A stretch of DNA of 64,000 nt from Hamiltosporidium tvaerminnensis FI-OER-3-3 (lineage: Eukaryota; Fungi; Microsporidia), in contig JAKIMF020000004.1 of assembly GCA_022605425.2 (NCBI GenBank), positions 248,001-312,000 of the forward strand, written 5' to 3'. The position numbers and the translations under genes were made by a program. Each line of letters begins with the position of its first letter. The first letter of the stretch is position 1. This document shows positions 22,351-36,997 of this stretch, one piece after another. The notes beneath the pieces are model-generated. The model saw only the letters and a list, made by a program, of their open reading frames with translations, did not search any database and was not told the origin of the DNA.

Positions 22351-23149
22351 CAATAAAAAGTTTATTATTAAAAAAAAATATATTAACGACCTAAAAGTAA
22401 AATACACATTATTTATATAGTTTTATGTCTTTATTTATATTTTAATTCATTTTTTTGTATTTATTTTACATTTCTTTAAATATAGATTATTCTACTGTTA
22501 TTTGAGTAAGTAATGAATTTATAATACTATACATTTCTCTTATTATATTTTTTTTTTAATAAATTTAAAAATGTAAGTCAATCTGAATTACAAAATAAAA
22601 TACATTTAATAAATGTTATATCCATTTTCAAATGTTTCCTATTATATAATAAAATTATGATTTGATACTTATTCAGAGCTGTTATATTATCGAATTTTTA
22701 AGATTCTGAGGAAGATATAAAAAGTTCGTAACAAAGAATAAGGCTTTAAGGATGTCAATTGCAATATTTCTGTTGTTATTTTCTTTTTAAAATTCTATTA
22801 AATGACCTGTAGTGATTAATGGGTAAGATGGCAAGATATGAAGGCTAACTTCAAAATTAAATGTATGCTATGGAAGAAGAAAATTCTATTTGGTTTTAAC
22901 AGTGCTAAAAGTTATTTTAAATCTTATTTGATTTTTTTTAAAACTTGTAAAATCAAGTTTTGGTTAATGCTAAGATAATAACTAACCAAATATGACTTCC
23001 AATAAATGAAATAATTGGGGTAAAATATTATAAAATTCGAAAATAAACCATATATATTGTGGTTTAAGAAATCTAATTTGTTACCCTAATTAATTAGAAT
23101 TATTTACTATAATGAAGCTCAATTTTTCTTTTTATTTCTGCATTTAACG

Positions 23150-23980
23150 TCTTTTTATGTTTTTAAAGCTCATTATATTGTAATACATTTTTCTTTTGAA
23201 CCAATATTTATTATTCAGGCATTTTCTCAATACTTTATTTCTACAGGTTTTTGTATTCAGTTACTTACCACATTCTTTCATATTAAAATTTATATAATAT
23301 AGAGGTCTGGCTTTTACTTCTGATTATATGACATTTAGTAGTGTTTTTTTGGCGGTATAATCGCCTTTAGTATTTACCTAAATCCCCTTTCGTGACTAAA
23401 GAAATGGTTTTATTTTTCATTGAGTACTGCCTAATAAATCTTGACCTTTATTATTGGTGGTTTTTTAGGCTTTATAAAAGTAAATATTCTGTATTTGGCT
23501 TTATTCAATCTCGGGGAATAACACATCAGATCATCATCTACCGGTTTCAAAAATATGATCTAGTTTATAAGTCATTAATATTATTTCTATATTTTTCTGT
23601 TTCAATGATTTTAAGTACTTCAGTGGAATTTATTTTGGACATATAAAAGTATTTCTATTAAATTTCCTATTGAAAATTAAAATAGAACTTATTATATGGC
23701 ATCTCACATCGGTTTTTATTCTCATATGCATTCTAAGTGCTGCTCCTTCATTTTCATGTATTCCTTGCATGCTCTTATTTCGTTTTTAAGATTCGAATTT
23801 TATTTATTTTGGTAAAACTTATTTAAGACATCTAACTAAACAATTTTTTCTGTTAGATATGACCTTGTATGAATGAATTCAAGTTGCCAAACCTGTACTC
23901 CTATACTAAACTAATCACAGGTTGAAATTGCCCGGGCTTGCAGAATAAGTTTATATCTTAGATTTAGCTGAAAAGTATTT
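23150..23980 (-). pseudogene. Possible decayed RLE retrotransposon C-terminal remnant
   Basis: Weak matches to the post-RT SIGV..W and DY..(R)H segments. Many stops. Confidence 0.3.
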
Positions 23981-24487
23981 TATTATCTTCCTTTTAGTAT
24001 TTTATAATTATAATTGTAGTAAAAAGACATGAAGTAATAAATACGATACATTGATACATAAATGTTAATGTATGAACAAATAGTCTTTTTTATTAAGAAA
24101 TAATTCTTTAAAATGTAAATAGACTTCGGCAATTAATAAATACTAAGATCGACATAACAATATATTCTAAATTTTTCTTTTTAAATATTTCTTTCAAATA
24201 TATTTTGGTTTGTAATATCTCATTTATCTTTAATTGATCAAGTATAATAAATAAAAACACCTTATAAATCGAAAAGATTTATATAAAAAATAACTTAATT
24301 ATTGATAACTTACGTCATAATGGATTAACTGACTAGAAAATAAAAGAAAATTATTTTATTTATGGTTATATATAAAGAAGCCATTAAATTTATTTATGAA
24401 TAGGATCAAATATGTTTATCATGACTTAAAATAACAAAGACAATGTTTAATCATAGAAAAATATAAAGATTAAATAACTTTATTATA

Positions 24488-25450
24488 TTAAACGCCTCGG
24501 AAAAAATTCAATGAAATACTCATTAAACCCTGATTAAATTTAGAGTTTTCACTGAAGAAATCTTTAACCATCCTTTCATATACGTTACTAAGTATTTTTT
24601 TAAATATTTTAAATTGAGTTAAATCTGGCTTCAACATTTCTTTATAATTATTTTTAGATGAGACCGAATAGATTCTTATACGAAAAAATGTAAAATTACA
24701 TTTAAAATATATGTGACTATATGCTTGTATCAGGCTCGTATCCATACAAAATAAAAAAGATGTTTGTCTTATCAAATCTTTAATTTTATACATTTCAGAT
24801 TTCTTATCGAAATAGAAATTTTTAATATAAATATTTCTATCAAGTTGAAAATCCAAGTCCAAAATGTTAAAATAACAACCATTTTCCATGAAAGAAGAGA
24901 ATGAACATTTAAATTGTGTGTTTTGTAAATTAGTCTTTTTTCTTTCTGGGCTTGTTTCCTTCTTTACGTTGATATACTCAAAATTTTCTTTTAAGACATC
25001 TTTGATGTGTTTTTCCAGTTTAACCGTTGGTATCGATCTTTCAAAAATATCTTTGAGCGCTTTTTCAGAAGCAACAAGTGAACTTGGATAATTTTGTAAT
25101 ATATAATTTTTTAGTATAAAATATAAATTTTTCTTATATATATTGATTGAATGAGCATATTTTACTTTTTGAATAATATCATTCAAATGAAATGATGATT
25201 TTATTGCAAATTCAGCCAGGAAATATTCAAAATACTTTATAATAATTTCTTTTTGTAGTTTTTCCACTTGAGTATCACAACAATTAAATATAAGATTGAA
25301 TGATATATTAGATGCAAAAAAGTTTCTTCTATAGTCTTTCATTATGCTTGCAGTACATTTATTTATTATTTTTTGCTTTTGAATTTCTTTATTTATTAAA
25401 AAAGTTCCATGTATGTGTTCCAATATAAGAATAATAAAATATATTTTCAT
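24488..25450 (-). CDS. Hypothetical secreted protein (320 aa)
   Basis: Long ORF with signal-peptide-like N-terminus MKIYFIILILEHIHG. Confidence 0.75.
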   Translation of the reverse strand: MKIYFIILILEHIHGTFLINKEIQKQKIINKCTASIMKDYRRNFFASNISFNLIFNCCDTQVEKLQKEIIIKYFEYFLAEFAIKSSFHLNDIIQKVKYAHSINIYKKNLYFILKNYILQNYPSSLVASEKALKDIFERSIPTVKLEKHIKDVLKENFEYINVKKETSPERKKTNLQNTQFKCSFSSFMENGCYFNILDLDFQLDRNIYIKNFYFDKKSEMYKIKDLIRQTSFLFCMDTSLIQAYSHIYFKCNFTFFRIRIYSVSSKNNYKEMLKPDLTQFKIFKKILSNVYERMVKDFFSENSKFNQGLMSISLNFFRGV

Positions 25451-27749
25451 TTTTTAGATTTTCTTTTTCTAATTTATATTTTTTACTTGATAAATTAAAA
25501 ATTAATTTATCTTTAATTGTAAAATTAAAAGCGCAAAGTGTAGTATAAATATAAAATTTTTATTGAAATTCTCCTAAATTCAATTTTTTGCAACTAATAA
25601 TACTAGGCTCTTCTATCCAAATATTTTTACTGTCTAAATTTGAAGTAATATCTATTAAATTGTTATATCTTAAAAAGTATAAATTAATATGATTGTACAT
25701 ATTAACTATAATTAGTAAAAAAAAATGTCATTTTTAATTGACCTTAAAAAAGATTATATTAAATAAAAATTATAAGAAAAAACAATTTCTTTCGTTTTAT
25801 GATATAAACATCTTGAATAGTCTGAAATGCTAAAATTAAAAAAAGTTTACGAATTTGGCTCATTTATGATGAAATGTACTACTTTAAACTTATATTTATT
25901 TTTTAAGATTTTTACAAAAAAAAATTTGAACGTGTTGTACAAATAAGTTAAGAATAGAAGTTGAAAAACAGAAAATTAAATTCGTTTTTATTCAAATAAT
26001 TGTAAAAACAATAATTGAAAACATAGTCTGTACGTTTAAGTGAGGTAAACCAAACAGCTGAGATTTAGATATCAAATATATTTTAAATTCTAATCAAAGT
26101 ATAAAATAGAAATTAAAAAGCTTTTTACAACACAGCAGTAAAATAATATTAGACTTGATTATGTATGTACCTTGATCTAGATCAACTTTAAAAACAATAT
26201 AATAAAATAGACATTTGTGAAGATGCTTCGAGATTCAATAAGAATATTTGAACGAAAAATACAAAGGTACGCGAATAATTCTAAATATGTCTGCAATAAA
26301 ATATTATATTATCCAGTTAAAATCGATCATTTATTTTTCATAAAAATAACAAGATAAACTCTTTTTTAGATAAGAATTATGGCATGTATTTGAACAATAA
26401 AATACTCTGTACAACCAGTGCTAATATAATAAATGTAAATAAAAATTCCACTTACAAAAATTAGGGTCGGATTCATTTTTAAAAAGACATCTATCAGTTT
26501 GTACAAAGCGATTTAAAATGGTTTTACAATTCGCAAATTAAATAAACTAATTATGTCTGCAGAATAGACAAAAGGGTATGGTTCGAGACATACACGCGCT
26601 TTAGAAAAAATTATTCCCTTAGATTTCAGTTTTTAGCTACGTTTCGATTATATTTACATCAATAGATTTGGGGAAAAGAAATATTTTAATCTTAATTTTT
26701 CAAGATCGAATAAAATTAATAAACAGAACCAAATGAAAATAATTCAATGTCAAACATGTTAGATATATAAAAACCATTAGAGTATTAGAAATATTTAAAA
26801 ATCGCTTGCCTAATATTCGGTCTGGACTTCTACTATAAAGACTAAAAATTCAATGTTATAGCTGAAAAGCATACAACCATATAAAAATGAGAATAAAACG
26901 ACAGAATGATCAATTACAACTGAATATTTATTTCTATCATACTCATTAAACAATAAGGACTTAAAATTTTTTCATCTTTCAAAACCTAACTCATTATTCA
27001 ATATATAAAGTCTATTCATTATGTCATTTTTGAGGATCATTCATACTTTTAATATTACAATCTTTAAAACCTGCATATTTAAACCAAATATGTAGAAAAC
27101 GCTTATATATTTTTGAAAAAAGTACTTACATATTCTGTTCTTCTTAAAGTTCTCGGTGTCAGGAATGAAAAAATGAATTTTTACCATTTTTTTCCATTAA
27201 TCAGTTATAAATCAGGATCAGGGGATCGGCCTATAGATCCATTGTGGTTTATATTCTACAGCAATTACTGCAATGGTTTTTAAACACTCATTTCGAAGCA
27301 GATGGTTTTCTGTATGGTTATCTTTCCTCCACTTTTTTGACAAAGACGGTTTTGAAAACAATCTCACTTTCTATTCGAAAGGATATAAAATCTAAAACAA
27401 TAGAAATTAAAAAGATTTGTATAAATTTTACAATAAAAAAATAAATAAATTAGGCTGTAAAAAAATATTTATAGTTGTAAATGATTTAAAAAAAATCCAC
27501 AGATCCATTTCTCTTCATTTTCAATAGAACCCCTGCTATTTTCTAAATATTACATCAAACCTCATGATATTTTAAAAAGTAAATGCTTAGTTATAACTTT
27601 TAAGGGTTTCAATTCAAAAATTTTTAGACTTCTTAAGTTTAATTTGCTTCAAAACCGATTCTTTAAAATTTTTGACAGGATTAAATATGAATGTGTTAGC
27701 ATTTAAACAAATAAAAAAAACATCATTATAGTAGCAAAGTAAAATATAA

Positions 27750-29099
27750 TGCATTTAATCGTTTCATTACACCCTTGAAACCCGTTCCTGTGTTCCTTCG
27801 TAGTTATTCTCTTATAACGGTGTTCATCAAAATATTTAGAATTTAAAAACCGAATCTTTGAAAAATTAGCCTGATAGTCCCATTTCTTTTCCTGTATAGG
27901 TCTTTTTCATTAAGACTATCACACTCAAAAAATCTATCGAGATGCTACTTGAAATTTTGCTTATTACAAGCCTTTCTCTAAAAATTTAAAATTATAAGCA
28001 AGTTCGGCTACAATTTTACTATCGCTTATGATATTCGCAGATATTGAAGTATTTTTAGTGCTATTGGTTCATTAAAGTCTTGATACATATATGAGGCAAT
28101 CTCTGGGCTCCATTGTGTGTTCTCAGCAAGTTTTTTAAATATAACCATACCGGAATTTAATTGAATAATAGGCACTATTGCACCAGTTTCGTTCTCAGTT
28201 TTTATGCTTCATACAAGAAATTATTTAAACTGTTTATCTGAAGAAAAGCATAAATAGAAATTTTTTTGTTCCACCTTGTCTGTTTTGTTATGGGCATAAA
28301 AAACATTTTTGAGTGCCTTAATCAATCTTATTCTACGAGTTTCATGCGGTTTCGTTGCTAGCCATCTTTTTATGGTGGAGTTACTTTCGACTTGACATTG
28401 TGCTTTTAATATTGCATGGTCTTCTGTATATTACCTTGATATGATTCACTTAAAAATGTTTCGAGTGGTGCATTTTTAAACTCTCGGACGTTATCGGATT
28501 GTATTGCCACTGGAATACCAAAGTGGTCAATAAAAATTTTACTGAATCTTTTACCAATTCTGCAGTTTTATTAATCCTCTTAAAGCTCCTAGGATGTTTT
28601 GTGTGTGTATCGATTCCATTAAGAATTTAGCTTAAAATCATTTTAATCCCTTTATCTCCCGAGATCTATACAATCCATCATAAAAAGAGCATATTTTTTG
28701 GTAATATGGTTTATATATATTGGCTGAATTGTTTTTAAAGAATTAAATCCACTACATGCTTCACGGTCTTTTACATACTCTTTTATGTATGTATTGGTAA
28801 TCCCATAGTATTTTTGTACAATTAAAGCCATCATTTTATTTACTCCGATGTGTGTAACAACGTGCTCTGTTTGTATAATTTGTTCAATCAGATCAGTTTC
28901 AAATTCAAAAAACGGCTCATCTTAGATGATCGCGCCTTTTAAAACAAATGTCATCTTCGAGCAAAGTAAAATGTTCTGCCTACTGCCTCAACAACCTCTT
29001 TTCTTTTTTAGAATACTCAGCTGGATACTAACTGGTTTTTAAATATGCAGTAAGAATTTCTTTTTCTTGCCTATTTTTACAACTTAAAATCTTTGGCAT
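27750..29099 (-). mobile_element. Decayed stand-alone integrase (Ginger/Gin-like element)
   Basis: ATG at 29099 (MPKILS..YL..YP), zinc-binding-region remnant (KYYGIT..YVKD.EAC), MMDCIDL, FGIPVAIQSDNVREFKN (~28475-28525) and KRWLA. No RT or gag seen upstream. Confidence 0.75.
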
Positions 29100-30654
29100 T
29101 TTGGTTACATTATACTTTTATATATATAAACTGAATACTTGGAAAAAAAAACAAATAATATGAAAGCATTAAATAAATTTATATACAATGTTATGTTGTT
29201 TAGTGTCTGTATCAAATTTTACAACGAAATTTTGCTTTACAAATACTAACAAATGCAAAAAACTGAAAAAAACAAAAAAGAACTGAAAAGAAAAATGTGA
29301 ATTTTATTGAATATTCTATTCATAATTAACAAATCTTATTGTTTACACACAAGAAATGTTAAGAAAGGATGGATAATAAATACTGGAAAGGAAACCAAAC
29401 TAAGAAAATGTATTGGAATTTGGGAATACTAGGTTATAAGGGCATAGAATTAAACGGCTATATCAAAAAAATAAAGGGTGTTATCAACATAAAAATTTAT
29501 AGGAAATAACCGGGGATTCTATTGGACATGGGGGTTATTATAAACCACAATTAATCTATTTTATTCCAGTTTTTATCAATAAAATCCACAAAAATCTTTT
29601 CTTCGTAGTGGGGTCTGGTTGAAGTGTTATAATTTAATACAACACATTCCAACCACAAATCACTACTATTTTATATTCATTCAAAGTAACTGAAATACGT
29701 TCATCATCATTTTAAAAACTAATTTGTATTTTTTTCTTTTCTTTTATATTATACTAGACGTTAAGCTCACAGAAACGAACTTTTTTTTACATTCCTAAGA
29801 AAAAAAATTCAGAAAATAATCCTTAACGGCACTAGTTGGGCTATAGTTCTTACAATTTTCAATAAAATTTTTATACGCTCACCTAGTTTGTTCTTTGCAT
29901 ATTTTTTAGTCTTTCATTTTTGGATTATTTGCCGCTCTTAAGCGTTACCTTAACAAAATTTAGAATATTATTTAATCAGCATATTCTCCTCCTTCTATTT
30001 TATTTACTTTCAATTTTTCAGAGCTTCAGCTCGGCATTTTATGTTTAGCCTGTTCACTTTCCACTTATTTCTATTCAATTCTGTCTTTTTTCTCAAAGAA
30101 ATTTATCCAAAGATTGAATTTTCTTTATCTGAAAGCACTGTTCTTTTAACCATATGCTGTAGTATCTATTATATTTATTGTATAAATTCTTAGTCATTCT
30201 TATTAAAAATATTTTGATTTAATCAAATATAAAGTTCTAGCAAGCTATTCAGGCAATATTTGTGTTATGCAATTATTATTGAGAATATAAATAAATTGCA
30301 CAGAAGAACCGCAAAAAAACATCATTTGTATCATAAAATTTTTTATGTAACTGTAAATTTTTGAAAAATAAATCTTAACCATGTGATTTTATTTTTTAAA
30401 CAGAACACTAAAGAAAAATGAAACAAAATATATTTATTTGTTTTTCCTTCCTATTAATATACAGTCTAGAAAAGATTTTTACAATGTTTATTTCAAATGT
30501 TTTTTTGAACCAATAGAATCTTTTTAATTGTTTTATGTTCACTTCTACTTCACTTAATTGGTTGCGTAAGATTTATGAACAAATAGAAAGCGACATATCT
30601 TCATTGGCTCACTCTTATTGGTGCCTTATATTATTTTAACTAGTATAACATTAT

Positions 30655-30760
30655 GAGGTGAGTCGTGGTCGGGATATTACTGAATTATATAATTGATTAA
30701 TCAATCGAACGTTTCGAGGTGAGTCGTCGTTGGTACATTATTCAATTATATAAATGATAC
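30655..30760. repeat. 61-bp direct duplication
   Basis: gaggtgagtcgt..aattatataa(t/a)tgat at 30655 and 30716. Confidence 0.7.
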
Positions 30761-30816
30761 TTCAATAGAAAATTATTTTTTTTAAATATTATAATGAGTA
30801 TTGAAATAAGAAAAAG

Positions 30817-31533
30817 GAGGGAAGATAACCACATAAAAAACTTTCTGCTTGGTAATAAGGTGTGAAACTGGTGTGAAGATCATTGTTTGAATTTTTGTTG
30901 GGAATAAAACCACACTACTTCTTCAGTTGGTCCATTTGAATTGTTATGAGGAAGAGAGGTCTACGAATAAGCGAACCTTTTTCTACAAATTTATTTGTAG
31001 TTTTTTATGTAACCAGATTGCAGTCGAACATGTCATGTAGGTAATTGCCATGTAAAAACATGGAAACCTAGCCTTACTCATTCGAGTTAGAAGACTTAGC
31101 GCCTGGGAGATATAAAAATAAAACCCATTAAAAGCCGAGAGAGCTAAGTAGCAGGTTATACCTGTTGGTATGACATTGCACTGTCTAGGTGGACCCCATG
31201 TAATTCTCTGAAATATATCTTAGCTAGAAGTTTATTGGGTTCAGAAAGTGTTTAGTATGCAGGAATGCTGCATAGTCTTAGGGTGTCTACAGGGGCTTTG
31301 GCTTTCTATCACACTCTATGCAACGGATATTATCGAACACCAGGCAACTACCTCGCCTAGTAATTAGGTTCTATACACCTGGTAGACGAAAGGCTTCGAG
31401 AGGTATGTATCGCAGAGGGTACTGATGGAGTGTTGGGGTAGCAGTTATTTATGTCAAACCTAGAACTGCGTTAATGTCATGAAAACAAATATAAGACTTG
31501 CCACTGTTTTAAAAAGATGTGATACTTTTAAAT
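30817..31533 (+). mobile_element. ~710-bp dispersed repeat, copy C
   Basis: Inverted relative to A and B. Starts gagggaagataaccac and ends aaaaagatgtgatacttttaaat. Confidence 0.88.
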
Positions 31534-32295
31534 GAAGTCTAGTTTGTCTATAAGTCTGTTCTATAAAAAAATGACAGCTTGTAAAACAAAAAACATTCAT
31601 TTTGATTTATAAGTATAATGATAAGATAATCTATTATAAAACAACCCAGTACTGTATTATGAACAAGTAATACAATACATACCACAAAAGACTATAAAAT
31701 ACACAGAAATAAAGAACCACTTATCCCACATATTGTATTTAAAAATACATTTTAAAATATTTATTTTTTGATCTAAAAATAAGAATTTGATTCAATACCA
31801 AATACAAATGAGAGCCTATGAAAACCTCCATGAAAATTAAAAAAAATATATAAAATACCAATAACTTTTAAAACAATGAAATACCAATCAAGATCGTGTT
31901 AAAAAAATAAAATAATTCTTATACTAGAAAAACCCTATAAGAAAAACCCTATAAGAAAAATATACTAGAAAAACCAACAATAAATAGAAAATAATAAATT
32001 TTTAAAAAATACAATAAAATAGTAAAAAAACAGTAAAAAAAATATTTTAAAAGAAATAAAACACTAATATTACACATTTTAATAACACTTAAACACACTC
32101 ACTCTTTAATTTCTATAATAAATCCTATTAGTTATCAATATACTCCTTCTAATACCCTCCTCCTTCTAATATCATATTATTTATTAATTACCTTAATATC
32201 CTCCCTCATATTATCATATCATTTATTATAAATCCTTTATTTATTATTTCTTACTTTTTATTAATTACTTACATAACCTAATAAATCTACTAACA

Positions 32296-32675
32296 CTTCC
32301 TCTTACTATATCCTCTACATACAACCCTATTTAAAACTTACTATCACTCTATACTTATTACAAAAGTACCTTCCTCTTACTATATCCTCTACATACAATC
32401 TTATCTAAAACTTACTATCACTCTATACTCTTTACAACAGTACCTTCCTCTTAATATATCCTCTACATACAACCCTATTTAAAACCTGCTCCAACTCTAT
32501 ACTCATTACAACAGTACCTTCCTCTTAATATATCCTCTACATACAACCCTATTTAAAACCTGCTCCAACTCTATACTCATTACAACAGTACCTTCCCCTA
32601 TACTACATACAATCCTATCCTATCTAAAACTTACTCTCACTTCCCTCTATACTCATTACAACAGTACCTTCCTCT
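32296..32675 (-). repeat. 74-bp tandem repeat (~5 units) derived from the tricalbin C-terminal codons and stop
   Basis: agtaccttcc at 32365, 32439, 32513, 32587 and 32663. The last of these lies inside the CDS (EGTVVMSIE). Confidence 0.92.
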
Positions 32676-35600
32676 GTACACCCATCTAATCCTATCAACT
32701 CACACTCCAACACACGTTTCTGTTTACTTAAAAAATTCATTTCAATCTCACAACTCCCAACAACTCTATTAGTTTCAATTCTTTTATACTCAAACACTTC
32801 AATCTTAACACTATCTGACCATCCATCAATCCACATAACAATTTCTTCATTACAAATTATATTTAAATTTCTTTCTAAAACTTTACTTTTAAATATTTTA
32901 TTTTCATTTTTACTGACACTAAATAACGGATCAATCAGTTTTTTTAAATTTATTTTTTTTATACAAATTTTTATCCAACCACACTTCATTTCTAAAACAT
33001 CTAATTCTCCTACATTTACTCTTATCTCACAATCTACCCAAAACCTTTCTTCATCTAAATATACTCTTTCATTCATTACTCTCTTTGGTATTAAACATTC
33101 TCCTAATATTTTATTTATCCCTAAATCTGCACTTCTAAATATTGCCCTTATCTCTTCACTACCCACTCTCAATGTATACACACCATTTAATATATTATTT
33201 TTACTTACAACACTTCTATCTAAAATATAATTTTTACTCATAAATTCACAATAGAAATCACATCCAATATTATAAAATTCTTTAAATTTTACTTGAATTA
33301 CCTTAAATTTACTAGGATTTTCTGAATGTCCCTTATAATTATAAAGAGGAGAAATAATCCAAGAAATATTTAAATCTGTAATTTTTACATCACTTTTTTC
33401 AATGCTAACATCAGTAATATTGGTAGTGTTGTTAGTTGTGTTAGTTGTGTTGGTTGTGTTGTTATTGATATTAGTATTGATATTATCCGTACCATCCCCA
33501 CTACCACCACCTCCCCTCAGCTCTATTGTTCCTTCTCCTATAAACTCCTCTGAATTATCAATTTCTTTATACAAAAAAACCTTAAATTCCCTAAAATCAC
33601 AAATCGGTATAAAAATATTTTTTTCAATTTTATATTTTCCAATAAAAAAAGAATTAAAATAAAAAATATTAAAATTATTCTTAACTATAAGAGAATAACA
33701 CCCATTCAAAAATAAATTGGAAAAATTTAAAATTTCTATTTTTATAAAATATTTGTAATCTCTAAATGTATCAAAGTTGTTATTAAAATATTTTATAGTG
33801 GTGTTTTCTATAGGTTTTACTTTAAATTGTAGTTTTATTCTTCCACTTTCTGATTCTTTTAGTTTGTACCAACACTCTTCGTTGTCTGTTATTTCATTCA
33901 ATGGAATTTCTACCTTTCCTATCACATTCTCAGTCCCCAACTCGTTTATGCGCATAAATAAAAAATCATTTTTTAAATTTCTCGCATAAAAATCAAACTC
34001 CTGATTGAAAGCAGGAGAATTCGTCTCCACAGAATGTTTCGTCTCAAAAGAATAGAAAGTATACGGAGTAGCCCTACTCAACACACTCAAATCCACCTCC
34101 TCACCCCCAATCCCCATACCCAACGCATTACCAGCATTAATCAATGTATTACCCAACACACTAGCAGTCCCAGTCACCAAAGAAAAAGGATTAAAAAACC
34201 CTTTTTTCTTATCCCCAGACTTACAACACTTCCTATCAGAAATAATAAAAGAACAAAAAGAAGAATAAATCTTCCTTCTTGAAGTATTTAAACCTAACAT
34301 ATCCTCAACATGAAGAACCTTTAAAGTAACAATAGCAGAGTCAGTCTTATTAATATTGTTATTGTTATCGGTATTGTTATTGTCTTTGTTACTATTGTCT
34401 CTACTCTTATTACTATCTCTACTCTTATTATTACCATCTCTACTCTTATTACCCTCACCACTACCACCACCACTACCACCACCACCACTACCACCACCAC
34501 CACCACCACTCCCACCTCCTATCCTGTAAAACTCTACCATCGTATCTACAATACCAACAAGTATTCCTTTATGTTTAACCTTAACACTAACAACACCTCT
34601 CCCCATCTCAATAACCTTCTTAACATTTAAATTTCCACTTCCAATTTTATTAAATCCAATTCTTATTTCAAAATTTAAATTATCATCCGTATTTTGAATT
34701 AAAAAATAAAAATATTCATTAAAATTTAAAATATTTTCTATTCTTGAATATTTCTTTTGATTTGTTGTAAATAATAATTTATTATCCACACCAATATTTA
34801 CAGATAATTTATCAGGTTCAATCTTCAAAGGAGAGAAGTCATAAATGATATTGGTATTGTTATTGTTATTGGTAATTTTGTTATTAGTATTATTATTATT
34901 AGTATTATTATTATTACTATTCTTATCAAACTTATTAATAATACTATTCTTATCAAACTTATTACTAATACTATTCTTATCATACTTATTACTAGTACTA
35001 TTCTTATCAAACTTACTATTCTTACCACCTATGATACCTACTCCCCCTTCACTATTAATTCCTATAAATCTATGTATTCTTATCTTAATAATTCCTATAA
35101 AATAACTCTTTTCAATTTGTAATTGTTTCATATCAATTTTAATAGAATTAGGATTTACTAAAAGTGTTTCTAAAGTATTTTTAATTGTAAGATTAATCCA
35201 ATTAGAAAGTAAAGGAATATCCATTAAATCTACTGCTTTTAAAGGTTTTAAATCAAAATCTATATGTGGTGAATTCATAAATAAAAATTCTATAGAATCT
35301 ATTAATGGTATTTCATGTTGTAATTTTATTATAATACGAGCATGTCCTTGAAAACTTATTTCTTTTACTAGAATTGGTAAATCTAAAGAAATATTTTTAC
35401 CAAGTCTAGCTACAAGTATTATTTTAGAATTCCATGTAAATGAAGGATTCTTATTTATATAATATAAAGTATCCTTAGATACTTCACAGGGAATAAATAA
35501 TATATTTGTATCTAAGATTATAGTATCTTGTAGGGAGTCATGTGATTTAGTATTATTAGTATTATTATTTCTTTTATTATTTCTTTTATTATTTCTTTTG

Positions 35601-36655
35601 TATTCTTTATTATTCCTTTTGTAATCTTTATTATTATTTTATCCTTTATTATTTATATTATTTATATTATTATCAGATCCTTTATTATTTATATCATATC
35701 CTTTATTATTTATATCAGATCCTTTATTTATATCAGATCCTTTATTATCAATCCCATCTTCATTATCTGAATCTTCATTATCAATCCCATCTTCAAAATC
35801 CGAATCTTCAAAATCAGACTCCTCTGTGTTTGGTCTCACATTTGTTGTGATTTTTTCTATGTTTAATATTTGTGGTGGTTGAGATCCTAAAGTAAAATGT
35901 GTAAGTCTAAGTTGTGAGAGGAAAGGTGGACATTTTTCTACAAGAATAGGATTTATGGTACGAAAAAGTTGTTGTGAAATATTTGGTTCCAAAACTTTCC
36001 ATATTTTTTCAATTGAATAATTTAACCATTCCACAGATTCTTTAGTATATAATGTCTGTTGTTTACGTGTTTGTTTAAAAATAAGTGCTTTCATACTTTT
36101 CTCAAATCTTTTTAAATGTCGATTTATCACAAAATATGACGAATATAAAATAAAAAATAAAAAAAAAATTGAAAAATTAAATTTTCCAATTAAATACGAA
36201 AAAAAACCAACAAAAAAAAACATGGCTGGTATTTTTATAAATGTAAATATTCCGGTTGGAGTTGAAAAGTCTAATGCACTTTTAAATTCTTCTTTGCTTT
36301 GCTCATATAGAAATACAGGATCTTCTTCAATTTTTTCTTCTTTTGAATTTAAATTTTTTGTTTTTAAATCTGATATTTCTAAAGAGTTAGATATAGTGTG
36401 GGGTAGGTTATTAGATATGTTATTAGATTGGTTATTAGATTGGTTGTTGGGTAGGTTATTAGATTGGTTATTAGATATGTTATTAGATTGGTTGTTGGGT
36501 AGGTTATTAGATTGGTTATTAGATATGTTATTTGATTGGTTATTAGATATATTGTTGGGTGAGTCATCATGTGTAATTGATTTGTCATTTCCTTTGTTTT
36601 CTTCTTCTTCTTTCCTTTTTCTGTTACGTGTTGTATTTTTTTCATGCTCTTCCAT
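32624..36655 (-). CDS. Tricalbin / extended synaptotagmin (TM + SMP + C2 domains), one in-frame TAA at 35639-35641
   Basis: Hairpin TM, SMP start ESVEWLN..IW..TLGSQPPQI, SMP continuation in the 120 open codons between the two listed ORFs (same frame), then C2 domains (NSPAFNQEF, IGKVEIPL). Confidence 0.88.
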
Positions 36656-36997
36656 TTTTTTAGGGTTCTTTAAAATGTGACTTTTTTATAAAAAAAGAGG
36701 TATAAATTGTAAAATAAATTTGTCCTTTGAATTTACCCTTTGATTTTATTAAAAATAATAATTATGAGTTAATTGATAATTATGAGTTAATTGATAATTA
36801 TGAGTCTATAAAATAATTGTAAGTTTATAAAATAATTTTAATTCTATAGAAATTATGAGTCTATAAAATAATTGTAAGTAAATATTATGAGAATTATAAA
36901 TTGTAGAATAAAATAATAATTAAACTTATAATTTTAAGTAAAAAACCATGAAGATTGTAATTAGAGTATACGTTATACAAATAAAAGTATAATTAAC

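Noticed and set aside
26200-26900. Possible protein kinase pseudogene
   Set aside because: Only vague resemblance to kinase subdomains. No intact motif could be read.
29560-30160. Possible pogo/Tc1-like transposase remnant (MVKRTVLSDKE...)
   Set aside because: No DDE motifs or TIRs found.
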